In this document: in pieces, positions 25,960 to 40,357 of the stretch
How the letters are laid out: every line of letters begins with the position of its first letter
How positions within the stretch are numbered: position 1 is the first letter of the stretch
Assembly (NCBI GenBank): GCA_026770705.1
Contig: JANJGN010000001.1
Span: 194,184,001-194,248,000 of the forward strand
Reading direction: 5' to 3'
Source of the DNA: Isurus oxyrinchus
Taxonomy: Eukaryota
Length of the DNA stretch: 64,000 nucleotides
Position numbers and translations under genes: made by a program
The notes under the pieces: generated by a model
What the model was told of the DNA's origin: nothing
The model's input: only the letters and a program-made list of their open reading frames with translations
Database searches by the model: none

Positions 25960-28030
25960 AAGCAACAATTTGCATTTATGTTTTTAATGTAGTGAAATGT
26001 CTAATGGGGCTTCCTAGCAGTGTGATCTGATATAAAAAAAATATTGAGCCAAAGGATGAGACATGAGGAAGGGTAACCAAAAGCTTAGTCAAAGTGATAG
26101 ATTTTAAACAAGAGCTTAATGGAGGAGAAGGAAGTGGAGCAATTAATGGAAAATCTTTGAGAACATGAGGCCTAGGTGACTCAAGGAACATGTGCCAATA
26201 GTGGGATTTGGGCCAAAGTCAGAGGAGACATCACCAGACTTTGCCGCTGCCTCAAATCATCAGCTGCTGAAACCCTCATTGATGCCTTAGTTACCACAAG
26301 ATTTGATTACTCCAACACTTGCTGGACTCCTAATAGATTTAAGCTCATCTAAAATGCAGATGCCCACACCAACACGCACCAGATTCCATTTACCCTTGTG
26401 CCTGCTCCTGGTTAAGCAAGACTTTGATTTTTAAATTCTCATCTTTATTTCCAAATAACTCCATGGCCTCACCCTTCCCTATCTCTGTAATCTCCAGCCA
26501 CACAGCCCTCCGAGACATCAGAGCTCCTCCACTCTGTTCTCTTGAGCATCCCCAATTTTAAACACTCCACTATTTGGGGTCATGCCTTCAGCTGCCAAAG
26601 TCCCAAGCTCTGGAATCCCCTCCTTAAACCTCTCTAAATCTCTATGCCTTTCCTTACTCCTTTAAGACACTCCTTTAAAAACTATCCCCTTGACCAACTT
26701 TTGGTCCTTTGCCTTAGTATTTTCTTATATGGCTCAGTAACAAATTTTGTTTGATAACACTCCTGTGAAACACCTTGGAATGCTTCACTATGTTAAAGTC
26801 TCTATATAACTACAGGTTGATGTTGTTGGGCTGGAGGAGGTTACAGAGGTATAGAGGGGCAATGACCTGCAGAAATTTAAACACAAGGCGAAAATTTTAA
26901 TTTGGAGGCATTGACGACCAGGGCCTGGACCTTGGCTGAGGAGGCAGGGTTCAGGAGGCAGGTTCATTCTGGGTTGCGAGAAGCAGACAAAGCTTCATTT
27001 TATGGTGGAGGTTAGTGATTAATTCCTGAGGGGGCTGGAGTGGTGGCCAGTTAGTGGCATGGCGGAGATGGTGGGTGTGGGAATAGAGGCTTGACACCAG
27101 GGAAGAGGGCCATGTTCTGGCCCAACTCAGCAGCCATTGCTTTGGTTGCCATCTATGCATGATTTGAAAAGATGAAAGCACCTGCACCTTAAAATTGGAC
27201 AGGGCAAATGGAGAGCTGGAGCCTGAGATAGAATAGGGAAATGGAGTGTTATTAGTATTTCATTGCTGTGGATTGGTTTTTTTCAAAACTTGCACTCTTT
27301 TCAATCAAATAAAACGTTTTCTGTGCTGCCAACCCTGTTCCTGACAAGCTGGAGCTGTTCAACTTTTCACAGTTCCCAACAGCCACTCATTCCCGTGGAA
27401 ACTATACCTTGGAAGACGAGGCTTTTTAAGGAACTGCTTAATGACCTAAATGCGCCAATTAACAATGCAGGTACCTTCATTTCCCCACCCTCCGGCCACT
27501 CTCACCACTCCCCTGCATTAGCTGGCAAGGTGAGGACTGGAAGTGGGGCGTTGTGACATATATCAGAGGCACCATTTGCTTTGATCACCCTCCTCCATGT
27601 CAACCCGATTTGACCCCTGAAAATCTGGCTCCAGGTGTCAACGCAACTCTGCAAAGACAACAGTGATGGGTCAGTAGGACATGCTGCAGAATGGGATATG
27701 GGCAATAGAGTTCTGTATGAGTTGAAGCTTACACAGAATGGAGGATGGGAATCTGGCCAGAAGAGTACTGGAATACTGAGTATGGAATTGGCATGGGAAT
27801 AGATGAGGGTTTCAGTAGCAGATGAGCTGAGCAGAGTCAGAGATGGACAATGTAACAGAAGTGGATCTGGGTGATGGAGAGGATTTGCAGTTTAGGATTG
27901 AACAGGGCACCAAGGCAGCAACCATTCTGATTCGACCTAAGGAGATGTTTGAAGTGGATAGATTGGATAGGCAAGGATTGAAGTTTCTGATGGGGCCAAA
28001 GATGATAATGTTGGTCTTCCTAAGGCAGAG
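25960..28030. mobile_element. Cluster of L2-type LINE fragments (+ copy 26235-26828 nested in a - copy)
   Basis: L2-like 3' end ctcctgtgaaacaccttgg..ctatataa..gttgatgttgttg; its reverse complement at ~25960-26020; - copy resumes after 26828. Confidence 0.6.
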
Positions 28031-28899
28031 TTTAACAGTGCAGGGGTGAGGGAGGTCCCTCCCGATTGCCAGAAAACAGTTTCAATGTTACGGGAGACAG
28101 ATGGGTTCAAAAATCAAAATCTCACCCACATTCAATTAAAGGCCAATTAGGGTAATTTATTTGCCAATCAACATAAATTTTACCCAGCCCGTGCTGGATG
28201 TGGCTCTCCATGAGATGGAAGATGCCAAATGACCAGAAAGAGAACGTGATCGCAGTGCTCATGGCCTGCATGGTCTCCTGCACTGTCTGTACCAGGGCTG
28301 TGCACAGCCTCTAGAAGCTCTGCCAGATCTTCACGGACATCTAGTAATTGCCAGTTGATGGATGACCCCAGAGGCTTGACATCTGCCTCAGGGTCAGCAA
28401 ATTCCTGGTCTCCTACACTGGGGTGTCGGAACCCTGGGAGGTCGCAGCCTCCGACAGCTGCTCCAACAATTATGTAGTGTCTGAGGTGCATGTGAAAGTA
28501 TCTGAGATGGTGCAAAGTTTAGGGTGTGGTTGGGGCACTGCACCCTCTGAGGACCCCTGCTCCTGCTCAATGCTGGACCCTCAGGATTAGCGGATAGTCG
28601 AGATAATGATTGACCTGATGGATTAAAAAAAGACGTTACGACAATTTAGCAATGAGGAACCGGATTGAGTAACAGTTGCATCATTTAACATACAGACACG
28701 GCACGCTGCATGAGTGTCAAGAGTTTGGAAATACTGAGACCACGCTACATAACCAGCAATCCCTTTCTCTGTGCCTACCAAATTACCTCACCACATTGCT
28801 GAAAGTGGATCCCTTTCACTCTCAGATGCCTCATCAAAAACTCCCACCTCTCTTCTGCCAACCAAACTAGCCCCCTGCTGGTCATGTTAAGTATGTTCT

Positions 28900-29540
28900 C
28901 CTCCATAAGGGTCAGCACTGCAAGATTGTGCACCCCACCACTTGCAAGTCAGCGTTCACTGTTGGTGTACGGACTCTTCAAGGCAAATGTACATTAATTA
29001 GTCCAAAATCTGACTGAAGCACTCACTCATGCAGGTGCCCATCACCTCCAATCCTCTTGTACTGCACATTGGTCAACACACACCCATCCCCAACAGCCTG
29101 GCTTAGTACCAATATTGCTGGCACTCCAGCCATCTGTAACATATACACTGGCAGACACCTCCCGGTCCCACCAAATGCATAACCTTCCATTGACAGTCAC
29201 TCTCATTGCCAAGTGGCTTCCTTACTCATCTTTGCAGAGTTTATAAGGTAATTCAAACTCTTCTGACACTGAAGCCAGGTTCTACACATGAACCTATGGG
29301 TGCTGACCACATCTATCCCTTCAATCCAGGCTTTCTTGGTGAGAGGAGGAAGTCTCCCCTTACCACCTTGTGGGAGAAGAACCTTCTGCCACTTGCTGGA
29401 GGAAGGTGCGCAGGGATTCACCTGTGAATAGTGGGGCAGTGGTGTACACTCCACTGGTAGCACTGCAGGATGGTGTCTGTGGATAAAGGTCTTTCCAGCT
29501 TCCCCCCTCTGAACTAAGCCCCTAAGCAGTAATGGAACTA
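28900..29540 (-). pseudogene. Degenerate Harbinger Myb/SANT-like ORF
   Basis: KVLLP..RLPPLTKKAWIE..V..RTWLQCQKSLNYLINSAK matches the W...RTW.QC.K.FNDL trihelix motif. Confidence 0.65.
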
Positions 29541-29689
29541 ACAAAGGAGAAATTTCATCCTCAGTGAAAGTCTCTCCACACTCCTGAAGTTTTCAGGGCT
29601 CCCTCATGCCCTCCTCCATTAATTGCATTTGTAGTATGATGCATAATTTTGGTCTACAATTGGGACAACACATTTAGGAGACCTTCAGG

Positions 29690-30245
29690 ACCATCAAATG
29701 CTGAAGCTTAACTGGACCAGCTATATGCTGGATATTCTGTACTGGGTAACTCGCTTTCTGACTGCCAAAAGCCAGTCCACCATCTATAAGGCAGATGTCA
29801 GGAATGTGGTTGAATACGCTCCACTTGCCTGGATAAACCCAGCTCCAACAACACTTAAGAAGCTCAACTTCTTCCAGCAAAATGCAGCCCATTTAATCGA
29901 TACCCTATTCGTGACCTGAAACATTCATTGCCTCCACCATCTTGTGTATGATATGCAAGATGCACAGCAATAACTTGCTAAACCTCCTTCGACAGCACAT
30001 TCCAAACCCCCACCTGCCATTTTCCCTCCAAATTACACACCGTTCTGACTTAGAACTATTTTGCCGTTCTTTCACTGTCGTAGGCCAAAATCCTGGAACT
30101 CCTTTATTAATAGCACTGAGTGTACCTATGCCACATGGGCTGCAGTAGTTCAAGAAGATGGCACTTTTCACCTTTTCAAGGGCAATTAGGGATGCGTAAT
30201 AAATGCTTGTCCTACTGGCAATGCTCACATCCTGTGAATGAACAC
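29690..30245 (+). mobile_element. LINE family A 3' fragment
   Basis: STIYKADVRNVVEYAPLAW peptide and family A tail. Confidence 0.8.
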
Positions 30246-30499
30246 ACAGAGGGATGGCAAGAAACAGAAGTCCAACAATTACTTGCAGCTGGAGTTGTTT
30301 GGCAAAATTGACTGAAGACAACTTCAGTTAAACAAACTGTGCCCTCCTACATGACATTATGTCATGTTTAACATATTTCTCAATCCTTGTATCCTACAAT
30401 CAACAGCATCCATGGGCACTGACTTCCCAGTATATCTTGCACAAGTGCTTATTGTTCAAACGCATCACAGCTGAACCAAGGCGATCTTGTCCACATTTT

Positions 30500-30788
30500 A
30501 GATTCTCTATTTTTGATTTTAATATTCTTCAGCTCCTTGAGGCACCTCCCTGCCTTCAGGCAACTTTCAGTGCATGCTCCCCCACTCTTGCGCAGGCTTT
30601 TGTGCTTGAACTCGTCCCACTGACACCCAGGCAGCGCTGAGCTTTGCGCGTCTTTCATGCTAGCTGGTTGTTAATTGGCCAGCTAGCATGAAATCGAGAT
30701 CAGGGGCCGATCATGGGCAGTGGAGCATTTCCCAGCTGCTCCCAGGCCCACCCACCGCACCTGTCCAACGACCCAAAAATCCTGCCCC
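30500..30788. mobile_element. Harbinger-type MITE fragment
   Basis: Homologous to 2820-3040; ends aaaaatcctgccc. Confidence 0.6.
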
Positions 30789-30789
30789 A

Positions 30790-33700
30790 TAAGGCTATTC
30801 GGGACAATTTCTTAGAGCAGTACATTCAGCACCAACCAGGGAGCAGGCTATTCTAGACCTGTTAATATGCAATGAGACAGGATTAGTCAATAATGTCATA
30901 GTAAAAGAGCTTTTAGGTGACAGTGATCATAAAATGATAGAATTTCACGTTCCATCTGAAGGGGAGAAGTATGGATCTAAGGCGAGTGTTTTAAATCTAA
31001 ATAAAGGTAAGTAAGGGTATGAAAGCAAAGTTGGCTAAAGTAAAATGGGAAACAAGGTTAAAAGGTATGGCAGTAGAGGTACAGTGGAGATATTTATAAC
31101 TCTCAGCAAAGATTTATCCCAGTGAGAAAGAAAGACTCTAGGAGAAGGATGCATCATCCATGGCTAAATAAGGAAGTTAAGATTAGCATCAAATTGAGAG
31201 AAACACTATAATTTTTTAAAGACCAGTGGCAGGTGAGAAGATTGGGCAGAGAGCGAGTGTGGGGAATTATTAATGGAAAACAAGGAAATGGTGAAAGTAT
31301 TGATTAGATATTTTGTCTATATCTTCACTGTAGAAGACTTAGAAAACTTTCCAAAGATACTTGAAAATCAATAAGTGAAATTTAAGGAAGAACTTAAAAC
31401 AATCACCATCACCAGGGAAAAGTTATTGTGAAAACTATTAGACCTAAAGGCTGAAGGACCCGATGGCCTAGGGCCTTAAAAGAAGTGACTGCAGAGTTAG
31501 TAGAGGCATTGGTTATAAACTTCCAAAATCCCCTAGAAAGTGAATAGAACCCCTTAGAAAGAACAAAAATCCCAGTGATTTGGAAAATAGTAACTGTAAC
31601 ATCTTTATTCAAGAAAGGTGGGAAACAGAAAGCAAGAAACTATAGGCCAGTTTGCCAAACATCTGTCATTGGGAAATTGCTAGAATCCATTATTCAGGAG
31701 GTTATAACAAGAAATTTAGAAAGTTACAATGGGATCAGACAGAGTCAACATGATTGTGTGCAAAGAAAACCATGTTGAACCAATTTATTAGAGTTCTTTG
31801 AAGAGATAACAGGCAAAGTCAATAAAGGGGAACTATAGATGTGGTGCACTTGGGTTTCCAAAAGACATTTGATAAGATGCCACATCAAATCTTACTACAC
31901 AAGATACGAGTACATGATGTAGGGGATAACCATATTAGCACAGTTAAAGGATTAGTTAGCTAAAGGAAGCACAGAGTAGGGATAAATGGGTCTTTTTTGA
32001 ATTGGCAAGCTGTAACCAGTGCAGTGCCACAGGGATCAGTGCTGGGTCTTCAACCTTTTGCAATCCATATCAATGACTTGGATGAAGGAGCCAAATGTAT
32101 GTTTGCTAAATTTGCCGAGGACACCAAGATGTGTAGAAAAGTAAGTTGTCAAGAGGGGGGTCAAGAATCTGGAAAGGGATATAGACAGGTTCAGTGAGTG
32201 GGCAAAAATTTCGCAGATGGTGTATAACGTGGGTAAATGTGAACTTGTCCATCTTGGCAGGAAGAAAACAAAAGCAGTATACAATTTAAATGGAGAGATA
32301 TTAGAGAACTCGGTAGCACAGAGGGATCTGGATGTCCTGACACCTGAATCACATAGAGTTAGCGTGCAGGTACAGCAAGTGATTAGGAAGGCAAAATAAG
32401 AGTTTGTGGTGTTGGCTGTAACATATTAGCATGGATAAAGGATTGGTTAGCTAACAAGAAACAAAGAGGAGTGATGAATGTGTATTTTTCAGGTTCGAAA
32501 ACTGTAACTAGTAGAGTGCTACAAGAATCTGTTTTCAGGCCTCAACAACTTACAATTACATCAATGACTTGGATGAAGGGACCGGATGTATGGTAGCTAA
32601 ATTTGCTAATGACACCAAGATAGGTAGGACAGTAAGTTGTCAAGAGAAGGTAAAGTTTATACAGAGAGATGTAGAAAGTGAATGGGCAAATATTTGGCAT
32701 ATGGAGTATAATGTGGGAAAATGTGAAATTTTCCATTTTGGGAGGAAGGGTATGCCATTTAAATGGAGAGAGATTACAGAAATCAGTGGTACAGAAGTAC
32801 CTGACTGTCCTGTATATAAATCATAAAAGTTAGTATGAGTTGTCGACATAGCAAAAGATTAAGAAGGCAAATGATATGTTGGTGTTTTTTACACGATGAA
32901 TGGAATATAAAAGTAGGAAAGTTTTATTGCAGTGGTACAGGGCCTTACTGAGACCACATCTAGAGAACTGTGTACAGTTTTGGCCTTTTTACTTGAAAAA
33001 ATATATAACATTCGGCAGGGGGAGGGGACACAGAATGATAGCAGAATAGGGACACATCATAATACAGTAAAACAATCAAGTCAGAGGGAGTACAGCTGCA
33101 TTAAGTTTCAAGGGAGTAAGGCAAGGCTAGATGGCCTCTACTTTAATGCCAGGAGCATTACAGGTGAAACGGATGAGTTAAGGGTGAGGATTGACACATA
33201 GAATTGTGATATAGTAGCTATCACTGAGATGTGGTTGAGGGAGGGGCAGGATTGGCAGCTCAACATTCTGGGATTTAGAATCTTCAGGTGAGACAGGGAT
33301 ATCGGGGGTGGGGGGGGGGTAAAAGAGGAGGAGACATTGCGTTATTAATTAAGGAGTCAGTTACTGCAGTAAGGAGAGATGATATCTTGGAAAGGGCATT
33401 GAATGAAGCTTTGTGGGTAGAGTTTAGGAATAAAAAAGGGACAGCCTCATTGTGAGGTGTTTATTATAGACCCCCAGATAGTCAGCGGGAAATTGAGGAG
33501 CAAATATGTGCACAATTTGTGGAGGTGTGTAAAAACAATAACAATCAGATAATTATATTAGGTGATTTCAACTTTCCCAACATTAATTGGGATATACATA
33601 GTGGTAAGGGCTTGGAATGTGTACAGAACGTTTTAGGTCAATATATAGAGGGTCAACATAACAAGGGATGGCGCAGTGTTGGACCTAATTCTGGGGAATG

Positions 33701-34615
33701 AAGCCAGATAGGTCGTTGAGGTGGTGGTGGGGGAGCATTTTCCAACATGGTACAGTTTAAGTTTGTTATGGACAAATAAGTAGACAAGTTGCAAAAAAAT
33801 GTTTTGGATTGGGGGGGGCGAGTGGATTTTAGTAAAATAAGGCAGGATCTGGCCAAGGTAGACTGGGAACAGCTACTTGTGGGGAAATCTACAGAAGAGC
33901 TGTGGGGGGCATTCAAAAAGGAAATGGGGATGGCATAGGCTCAACATGTACCCTCTAGGGTGATAGGGAGGAGTAACAAGCCCAGAGAACCATGGATGAC
34001 CAGAGATATTCAGGTTACGATGAGAAGGAAAAGAGAAGCCAAGTGCCTCGAAATGGAATTAGGTAGGTAGGTCAGGTGTTTCTCACATGTCGGTGCAGGC
34101 TCGATGGGCCGCAGGGCCTCTTCTGCACTGTGTGATTCAGTGATTCTGTGATTCTGAATTGTGTTAGAAGTACCTCAGAGAAGGTTCAATTGACAGATTC
34201 CTGGGATGAAGGGGTAATCTTATGAGGAAAGGTTGAACAAGTTGGACCTGTGCACATTGGAGTTTAGAAGAATAAAAGATGATTTTATTGAAATATTCAA
34301 ACATCATTGTATAAAATCCTGAGGGGACAAGGTGGATATAGGGTTGATGTTTCCTCTTCTAGTAGAGGCTAGAATTAGGGAACACAGTTTAAATATAAAA
34401 GGTTTCATTTTTAAGATGGAGGTGAGGAAAGTTTGGTCATTGAATTTATTCAAGACAGAGTTAGACAGACTTTTTGATACATAAGGGTGTCAAGGACCAA
34501 ACAAGGAGGTAGAGTTGAGACCACAATCAAGTCAGCCATGATCTTATCGAATATTGGAGCAAGTTCAGAGGACCAAATGGCCTACTCCTGCTCCTAATTA
34601 AGTTCTATGATCCTA
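30790..34615 (+). mobile_element. Composite CR1-type LINE (endonuclease and RT remnants, repeated RT segment, nested second CR1 at ~33010-34150)
   Basis: GDSDH, NYRPV..TSVIGKLLESII, VPQGSVLG, KFAEDTK / KFANDTK twice, ILGDFNFPNINW; two CR1 3' tails. Confidence 0.85.
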
Positions 34616-35676
34616 TTCTAAAACTGAGCTCAGTGATTTTATGGCATTTGTAAAAGACAATTATCAGTTCACTCATTTATGATAGCTAGCAGTGGAGAAA
34701 TAAAAAATATCAAAATATACAGTGCAAGTTGGACCTTGAACAATGAAAATTATATATTTTTTCCAATAATATATATTAATCTGTGTCGGATGTTTCACCT
34801 CTTATTTCTGGAAACAACCTTAAATTATACACTCCTGACTGAGTTATTATTCACAGTAACTTTTTGGAGTGTTGTGTTTCATATTGTTTTATGCTTCTCT
34901 TAAGTTACTGGATTGCTGCATCACTAAAACATTTTTTATATCCAAATCACATCTCTAAAAGGCTCCAGCACCACTTGAAAATGTTGCTTTCTAATTATTC
35001 AAAACACAACATTTTCACCAGGGTGCTGCCAATAGCACTAAGAAATAAAGTTAAACACAGAAACTTGGAACACTAGCAAATGTGAGAACCGTTTGAGTCA
35101 TATTGTTGCTAAGCATTAAGCATTTGTGTGAAGCTGAAATCCAAACTATCATCAATAGTGGGAAAGAGTAGAGAGCCCTATGAATCATAGAGTGTGGAAA
35201 AAAGAGTTGGAGGATAACGCATCAGATATAACACATAGAGACCACATAAAAAGCCAGCTACCTGTTAAAGTTAGTTACTACTTATACCACTCGTTCAACC
35301 TTGATAAAGCCACAACCTTGGCAGTCCAAATCAAATCTACCATGTTAGATTCAAAGAGGTTGCACAGAAATGCTCCCTCAGACTCAGGATTGTCAATGCA
35401 GCTTGTCTAACCAACGCAAGTAGATTGGTTACGTACAAAGAGCTCTCAGCTGGCTGATCAACAGTTGCCCTATAAGGGACAAATGCCCTCAAAAATTTGC
35501 ACAAATTGTGGAGGTACCCATAGATTCACAACATCTTATCCAGTGTGAGGGAAAAAGTGTAATTCACTCAAAAGTTAATCACATGGTGAAGCTGTGCAAT
35601 CTGAAGAAAAAAAACTTCATAAGTTTGATACATGGAGGGATCAATTGCCAGGAGTGAAACACAACATGTATATATC

Positions 35677-36003
35677 TTTTTTTTTATTTGTTCATAGGGT
35701 GTGGGTGTCACTAACGGGGCCAGAATTTTTGCCCATCTCTAAGTGACCTTGTTCAGAGAGCATTTAAGAGTCAACCACATTGCTGTGGGTCTGGAGACAC
35801 ATGTAGATCAGGTAAAGACAGCAGATTTCCTTCTCCAAAGGATATTAGTGAACTCGATTGGTTTATGGTTATCATTAGACTTTTAATTCCAGATTTTTAT
35901 TGAATTCAAATTCCACTATCTGCCATGGTGGGATTTGAATGGACTATTACCCTGGGTCTCTGGATTACTAGTCCAGTGGCAATACCACAATGCCACCGCC
36001 TCC
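35677..36003 (-). mobile_element. tRNA-derived Deu-core SINE (SacSINE1-like)
   Basis: Homologous to 12120-12498; tRNA-like head ggcggtggcattgtggt..., B-box-like ttcaaatccc. Confidence 0.75.
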
Positions 36004-36355
36004 ATCATCACAGTTTGTAAAGCAGCTGGGCATTTTAAAGGTTGCGTAGTAGAGACTGCTGACATCTCAGTGTCGCTCCAGATCAATATTGGCGCAAAAA
36101 TATCTATAATCAGCGACAAACTCCACCATCATTACTTTTTGGAACTTTCCCTCTCTCCTGCAATAGACACTCCTCAAGCTTATGGTGGCTCAATGATTCC
36201 AATTTTGTGAATGGTCATAGTTCCAGTGTGCCACAAAAACTTTGCCCTCAACTAGTTAACATTCTACACAGCAAAGGGCAGGAAAGCTGTTCAATAAACT
36301 TGGCTTCAAATTTGAAGACCCCACTGAAGCACACATTAATGTGACCAAGGATACT

Positions 36356-38998
36356 GGGTGGAATTGTCCCAGATTTGCACTAAGTGTGGTAGCGGGTGGG
36401 AAAAAGAACGTTTTACCCACCGGCCGCAATGGCGGCTTTTCACGCTGTATCATCCCAATCCTATCTCATTAATCACGAACTCTCCAGAAATATGCCCTTT
36501 CCATTGCGGGCAGGCCGTCATTCTCTTGCCACGTCACCACCTCGTCGCTTCATCACGCCATATTTAAAGTGCAGCTGCATGCACATCTCTCAGTGCTTCC
36601 AGCCTAGGACTGCTGCACAGAAGACATGGCCCCAAAAGGCAAGAAGACTGCAGCCCCCCTCCGGTTTAGTAACATGTCCCTTGAGTGCCTTTTGGAAGCC
36701 CTGGAGACCTGCTGTGACGTCCATTAGCCCCACTCTGACCACAGGAGGGGCACCAATCCAGCATGGGAGGTCAAGGCAGCGGTGGGTCAGTGCCAACGCC
36801 TTGCAAAAGAGGACAGCCACCCCAGTGCCACAAGAGGATAAATGATCCCCTCCATTCTGCCAGAGTAATTCACTCTTCTCATCACTCTCAACTCACACAC
36901 TCACAAACCCATCACACACCCACAGGGATCTCACTCATTGCCAGTTCAATGGGCATCACCACTCACTCTCTCACACACACCTTCATTGTCCTCATCCCAT
37001 CCATGGGACTACTCACCGCCTACACATGCCAGACATACTTATCATCTGGCCTGGAAGGTGTCCTGCTTACACTCTCTCCATCTCTATTCATTCAGGACAA
37101 GCTAACACACAACAAGAGGGAGAGGTCACAGGCTGGTAGGGGAATGCCTGAAATCAAGGTCCTTACGGACTTTGAAAATAGAGCCATCCAGCTGGCTGGT
37201 GAGAATCTGGACCGATCCTGTGCTGAGGGTAAGGTCAGCGCTTCTCTACCAAGTGAAGATCTAGCAGTGCAACATCCATCAGATAACCATGCTGTGAGTG
37301 ATGTGTCTTGTTTCACAGGCCACTGCCATGCACTAGTTATCTTTCCTTGCTTTCGCAGGCACATCTTGGAAACAGCTGAGGAAATCTATGTCCCAGGGCC
37401 TCCAATCAAGCCCAAAGACATATCAGAAGAATAATTTGAAGGCACCCTCATTGAAGACCCATCACAGCGCTCACCCACACCCTCCACCAGTGCAGAGATA
37501 TGCACCTCGGTGGGAGATAGTTCTAGAGTAGTCTTGGGATCACAATCTGGTGAGCACATTGCACTGTCTAATCCACAGCAGGCAGTGGCAGGGACTTCCC
37601 AGGTTTCCAGCACTCGGAGGACATTGGTCCTGCACTGCAGCGTGGGCTGAACTCCATCGCTGATGTCATGGTTGGCCTCCAGCAGTGTCAATGTGAGAGA
37701 GTTCAGCACTCCTGCTTCAACTCCTCCTCGAGGAGTCAGCCAGGGTCCCTCGGGCACCCATAGGGAGGAGAATCAGCAGATGCACATACTGGGGCCATCC
37801 ACTCAGGTGACTCTGGGAGTGACCAGTCCATCTAATCCCCTCTTCCTGTGACCCCAGCAGCTCCAGTTCCACAGGCTGGAGAGGGTGCCACTGCCACACA
37901 GCAGGATTCCAAAAGCAGGCCAAGCCCTCCAGGTCCAGGCCCTCCAGAGGATGCCCATCCAGGTCATCACAGGCAAGACGTAGCAGTCAGCAGGCTGCCT
38001 GTCAGGGGAGCATCAAGACATTAGCAGCAGGGTTAGGAAGGTTAAGAGGAAATAGTTGCATAGTCTGGGCACGGGTATTAACCACTTGTACATAGTGTTC
38101 ACTATTGCAAAAAAATTTCCATGAGCAGTGTTCGTGAGACTCAGATGTGAAATCTTTCTGCACAAGATAGAGGCAGGTGCCTCAGTCCAGGGCCTTTTGT
38201 CTGTGCTTTGTGCAGCCTTCAGACCAAAGTAATGGTCCAGCCTCACACTCCCTGGACACATTACTGATGCGGGCACCTCGATGGTGCTTGTCATTGCTGC
38301 CTGAATGTCGTGGGCAGGCGTCACAGAGTTCCATCATTCTCTCTGTGAGCTCTCAGCACCTTTAAGGTGGGGCTTGCCCTTCTTCTCATCAGCATCTGTG
38401 ACCAGTGATGCTGTGCTCCTGGAGGGCTCAGGTGCTGAAGACTGTCAAAGGATCAGGTGCATTTAAAGTTTCACGGCTGTGTCTCCATGATATGACCCTG
38501 GTCACAGAGCGCAAATGAGCTGCCCTCGACCAAACAAGAATCAAACATTCTCAGAGGCTATGTGAAGATCTATGGAGTGTCCCCACTGCATGTCCTGGAA
38601 TCGAGTGACAATTAGGGCCTCTGCTGCATCTGCATGACAGGAGCCTTGTCAGAGGGGGTATGTGCGCTGCCATCAGCCAGACTGGAATCAAACTTTCAAA
38701 GATGCAAGTTGAGGGTCTATGGTGTCACCGCACTGCATGTTGTCATCATCGTCCTCAAAATTGGCAGCTATGAGGTCCTCCCAAGCCTGCCTTCCTTGCC
38801 TGACCATTGGGAGGGCCTCATCATTATCATCCTCACATTTGAGAACCTCCTCACCCTCATCACTATTGATGTCCTCCTTATTGGAGGAGACCTCTGAGCT
38901 CCTCCATCTCCACCTCAGACAGCTCCTCACCCTGCTGCAGCGCCAGGCTGCAAGGCGTACAGAAGGCGACGACAACAATGCATGACACGCTCTGTGGG
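36356..38998 (+). mobile_element. PIF/Harbinger transposon remnant: intron-containing Myb/SANT gene (+, ATG 36626) convergent with transposase 3' remnant (-)
   Basis: Terminus gggtggaattgtcccagatttgcactaag shared with the 56171 end; MAPKGKKTAAP..SANALQKRTAT..CHKRIND; DKLTHNKRERSQAG exon after ttcattcag. Confidence 0.8.
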
Positions 38999-38999
38999 C

Positions 39000-40357
39000 T
39001 ATATTTGAAATTAGAATTGGCAACAGGCAATGTACTGCAGAAAGTTAGCCAGTATCTAAAAACTTAGTGGCCAATCGAAATAGAGGAAGAGTGCGCAATG
39101 AGCTCGTATGACCTGATGCCAGATGTGTCACATGGGGAACTTGAGTGGTTATCCAAAACTGCAACAGCAACGTGTATTGCATCTTACCCATGAAGGACTC
39201 TCGGTGTTGTTAAGATGAAATAATGATCCTGTGAGGCAGTCTGGTGGCCAGCTATAGATTACCACATAGAAGAGTTCATTAGAAACTGAGTAGCTTGTAC
39301 ACTCAATGAAAAATCTGTTAACCCATGCCCTGCACCTCTACCACTGATTCCATGGCCAACAAAACCATGGCAACAACGCTAAGTAGATATTTTTGGAGAA
39401 GTGCAATAATCAATGCTTTTTTGCTGGTTGTTCATGATCTACATAGCAAATAGTCAGACATCGTACAACAGATTCCATAACCACCAATTAAATCATTGAC
39501 ATTCTAGACAAGTTGTTCATTAATAGGGTTTGCTGGAACTATCACTACATACAATGGATCACAATTTGTTTTCAGTCAGTTCACAGAGTTCCTAGTAAGC
39601 TATGGAACTCACCACCATCTGACATCGTGATACAATCTGCAATCATAGTGATTCAACTGGATGATCAAGAACAGTCTGAGAGCTAGTCTTCCAGGGGGGA
39701 CAAACAATCCACTTGTATCCTAATTCACATATATTGATCTAGTCCATGCTCCCTGAATGGAAAGACAGCAGATGAACCTATGATAGGTGGTAACCTTTGC
39801 ATGTTATTAACCAAACTTAAGCCCTTTCCACTATCCAACAAGAATATCAGAGCAAAAACAGAAGAAATCACAAAATGACAAGATAAAGCAAAAACATACT
39901 TTGACAAGCGAACATGCGCAAAGGGCCCATGATTTGAAGTTAGAAATTGGTTTCTCACCGAACTGCCAAATCCCAACTACAAACTTGCTTCATCTCTATC
40001 AGGGCCAAAGCAGATCAAGCAATTGCTTAACTTTGGGATGACAATACAAAATGGAATGCAAGGTGCTTGATAGTGAGCAGACCAGGACATTTCAAGGGCA
40101 GTGATTATGAGGATACATTTCCTTTCCCTTTGAGCGATAGTGATGTTGATCATCCATCTCATCTAGTTGATCACACAGGACCACAACCTCAAATTCGTGT
40201 ATCACAGTGCTGTCATCAGCAACTTTCATAGCTCAAAGGCTATTCTGTACTTAGATAAAATGGACAATTTGAATTCTAAGAAATGACTTGGCATTTATTT
40301 GCTCTTTAGAATTGGTTAATTTAAAATAAGGTTCTTCACTTTACAAGGGGTGAAAGA
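39000..40357 (+). pseudogene. Degenerate Gypsy/Ty3-type integrase region with polypurine tract
   Basis: WWPAIDYHIEEFIRN, PWPTKPWQ..DIFGE, FLLVVHDLHSK, NGSQF..FTEFL motifs with stops; PPT aaggggtgaaaga at 40345-40357. Confidence 0.75.

Noticed and set aside
36763-37434. Longest ORF in the track (223 aa)
   Set aside because: Runs through the intron of a decayed Harbinger Myb gene; not a host gene
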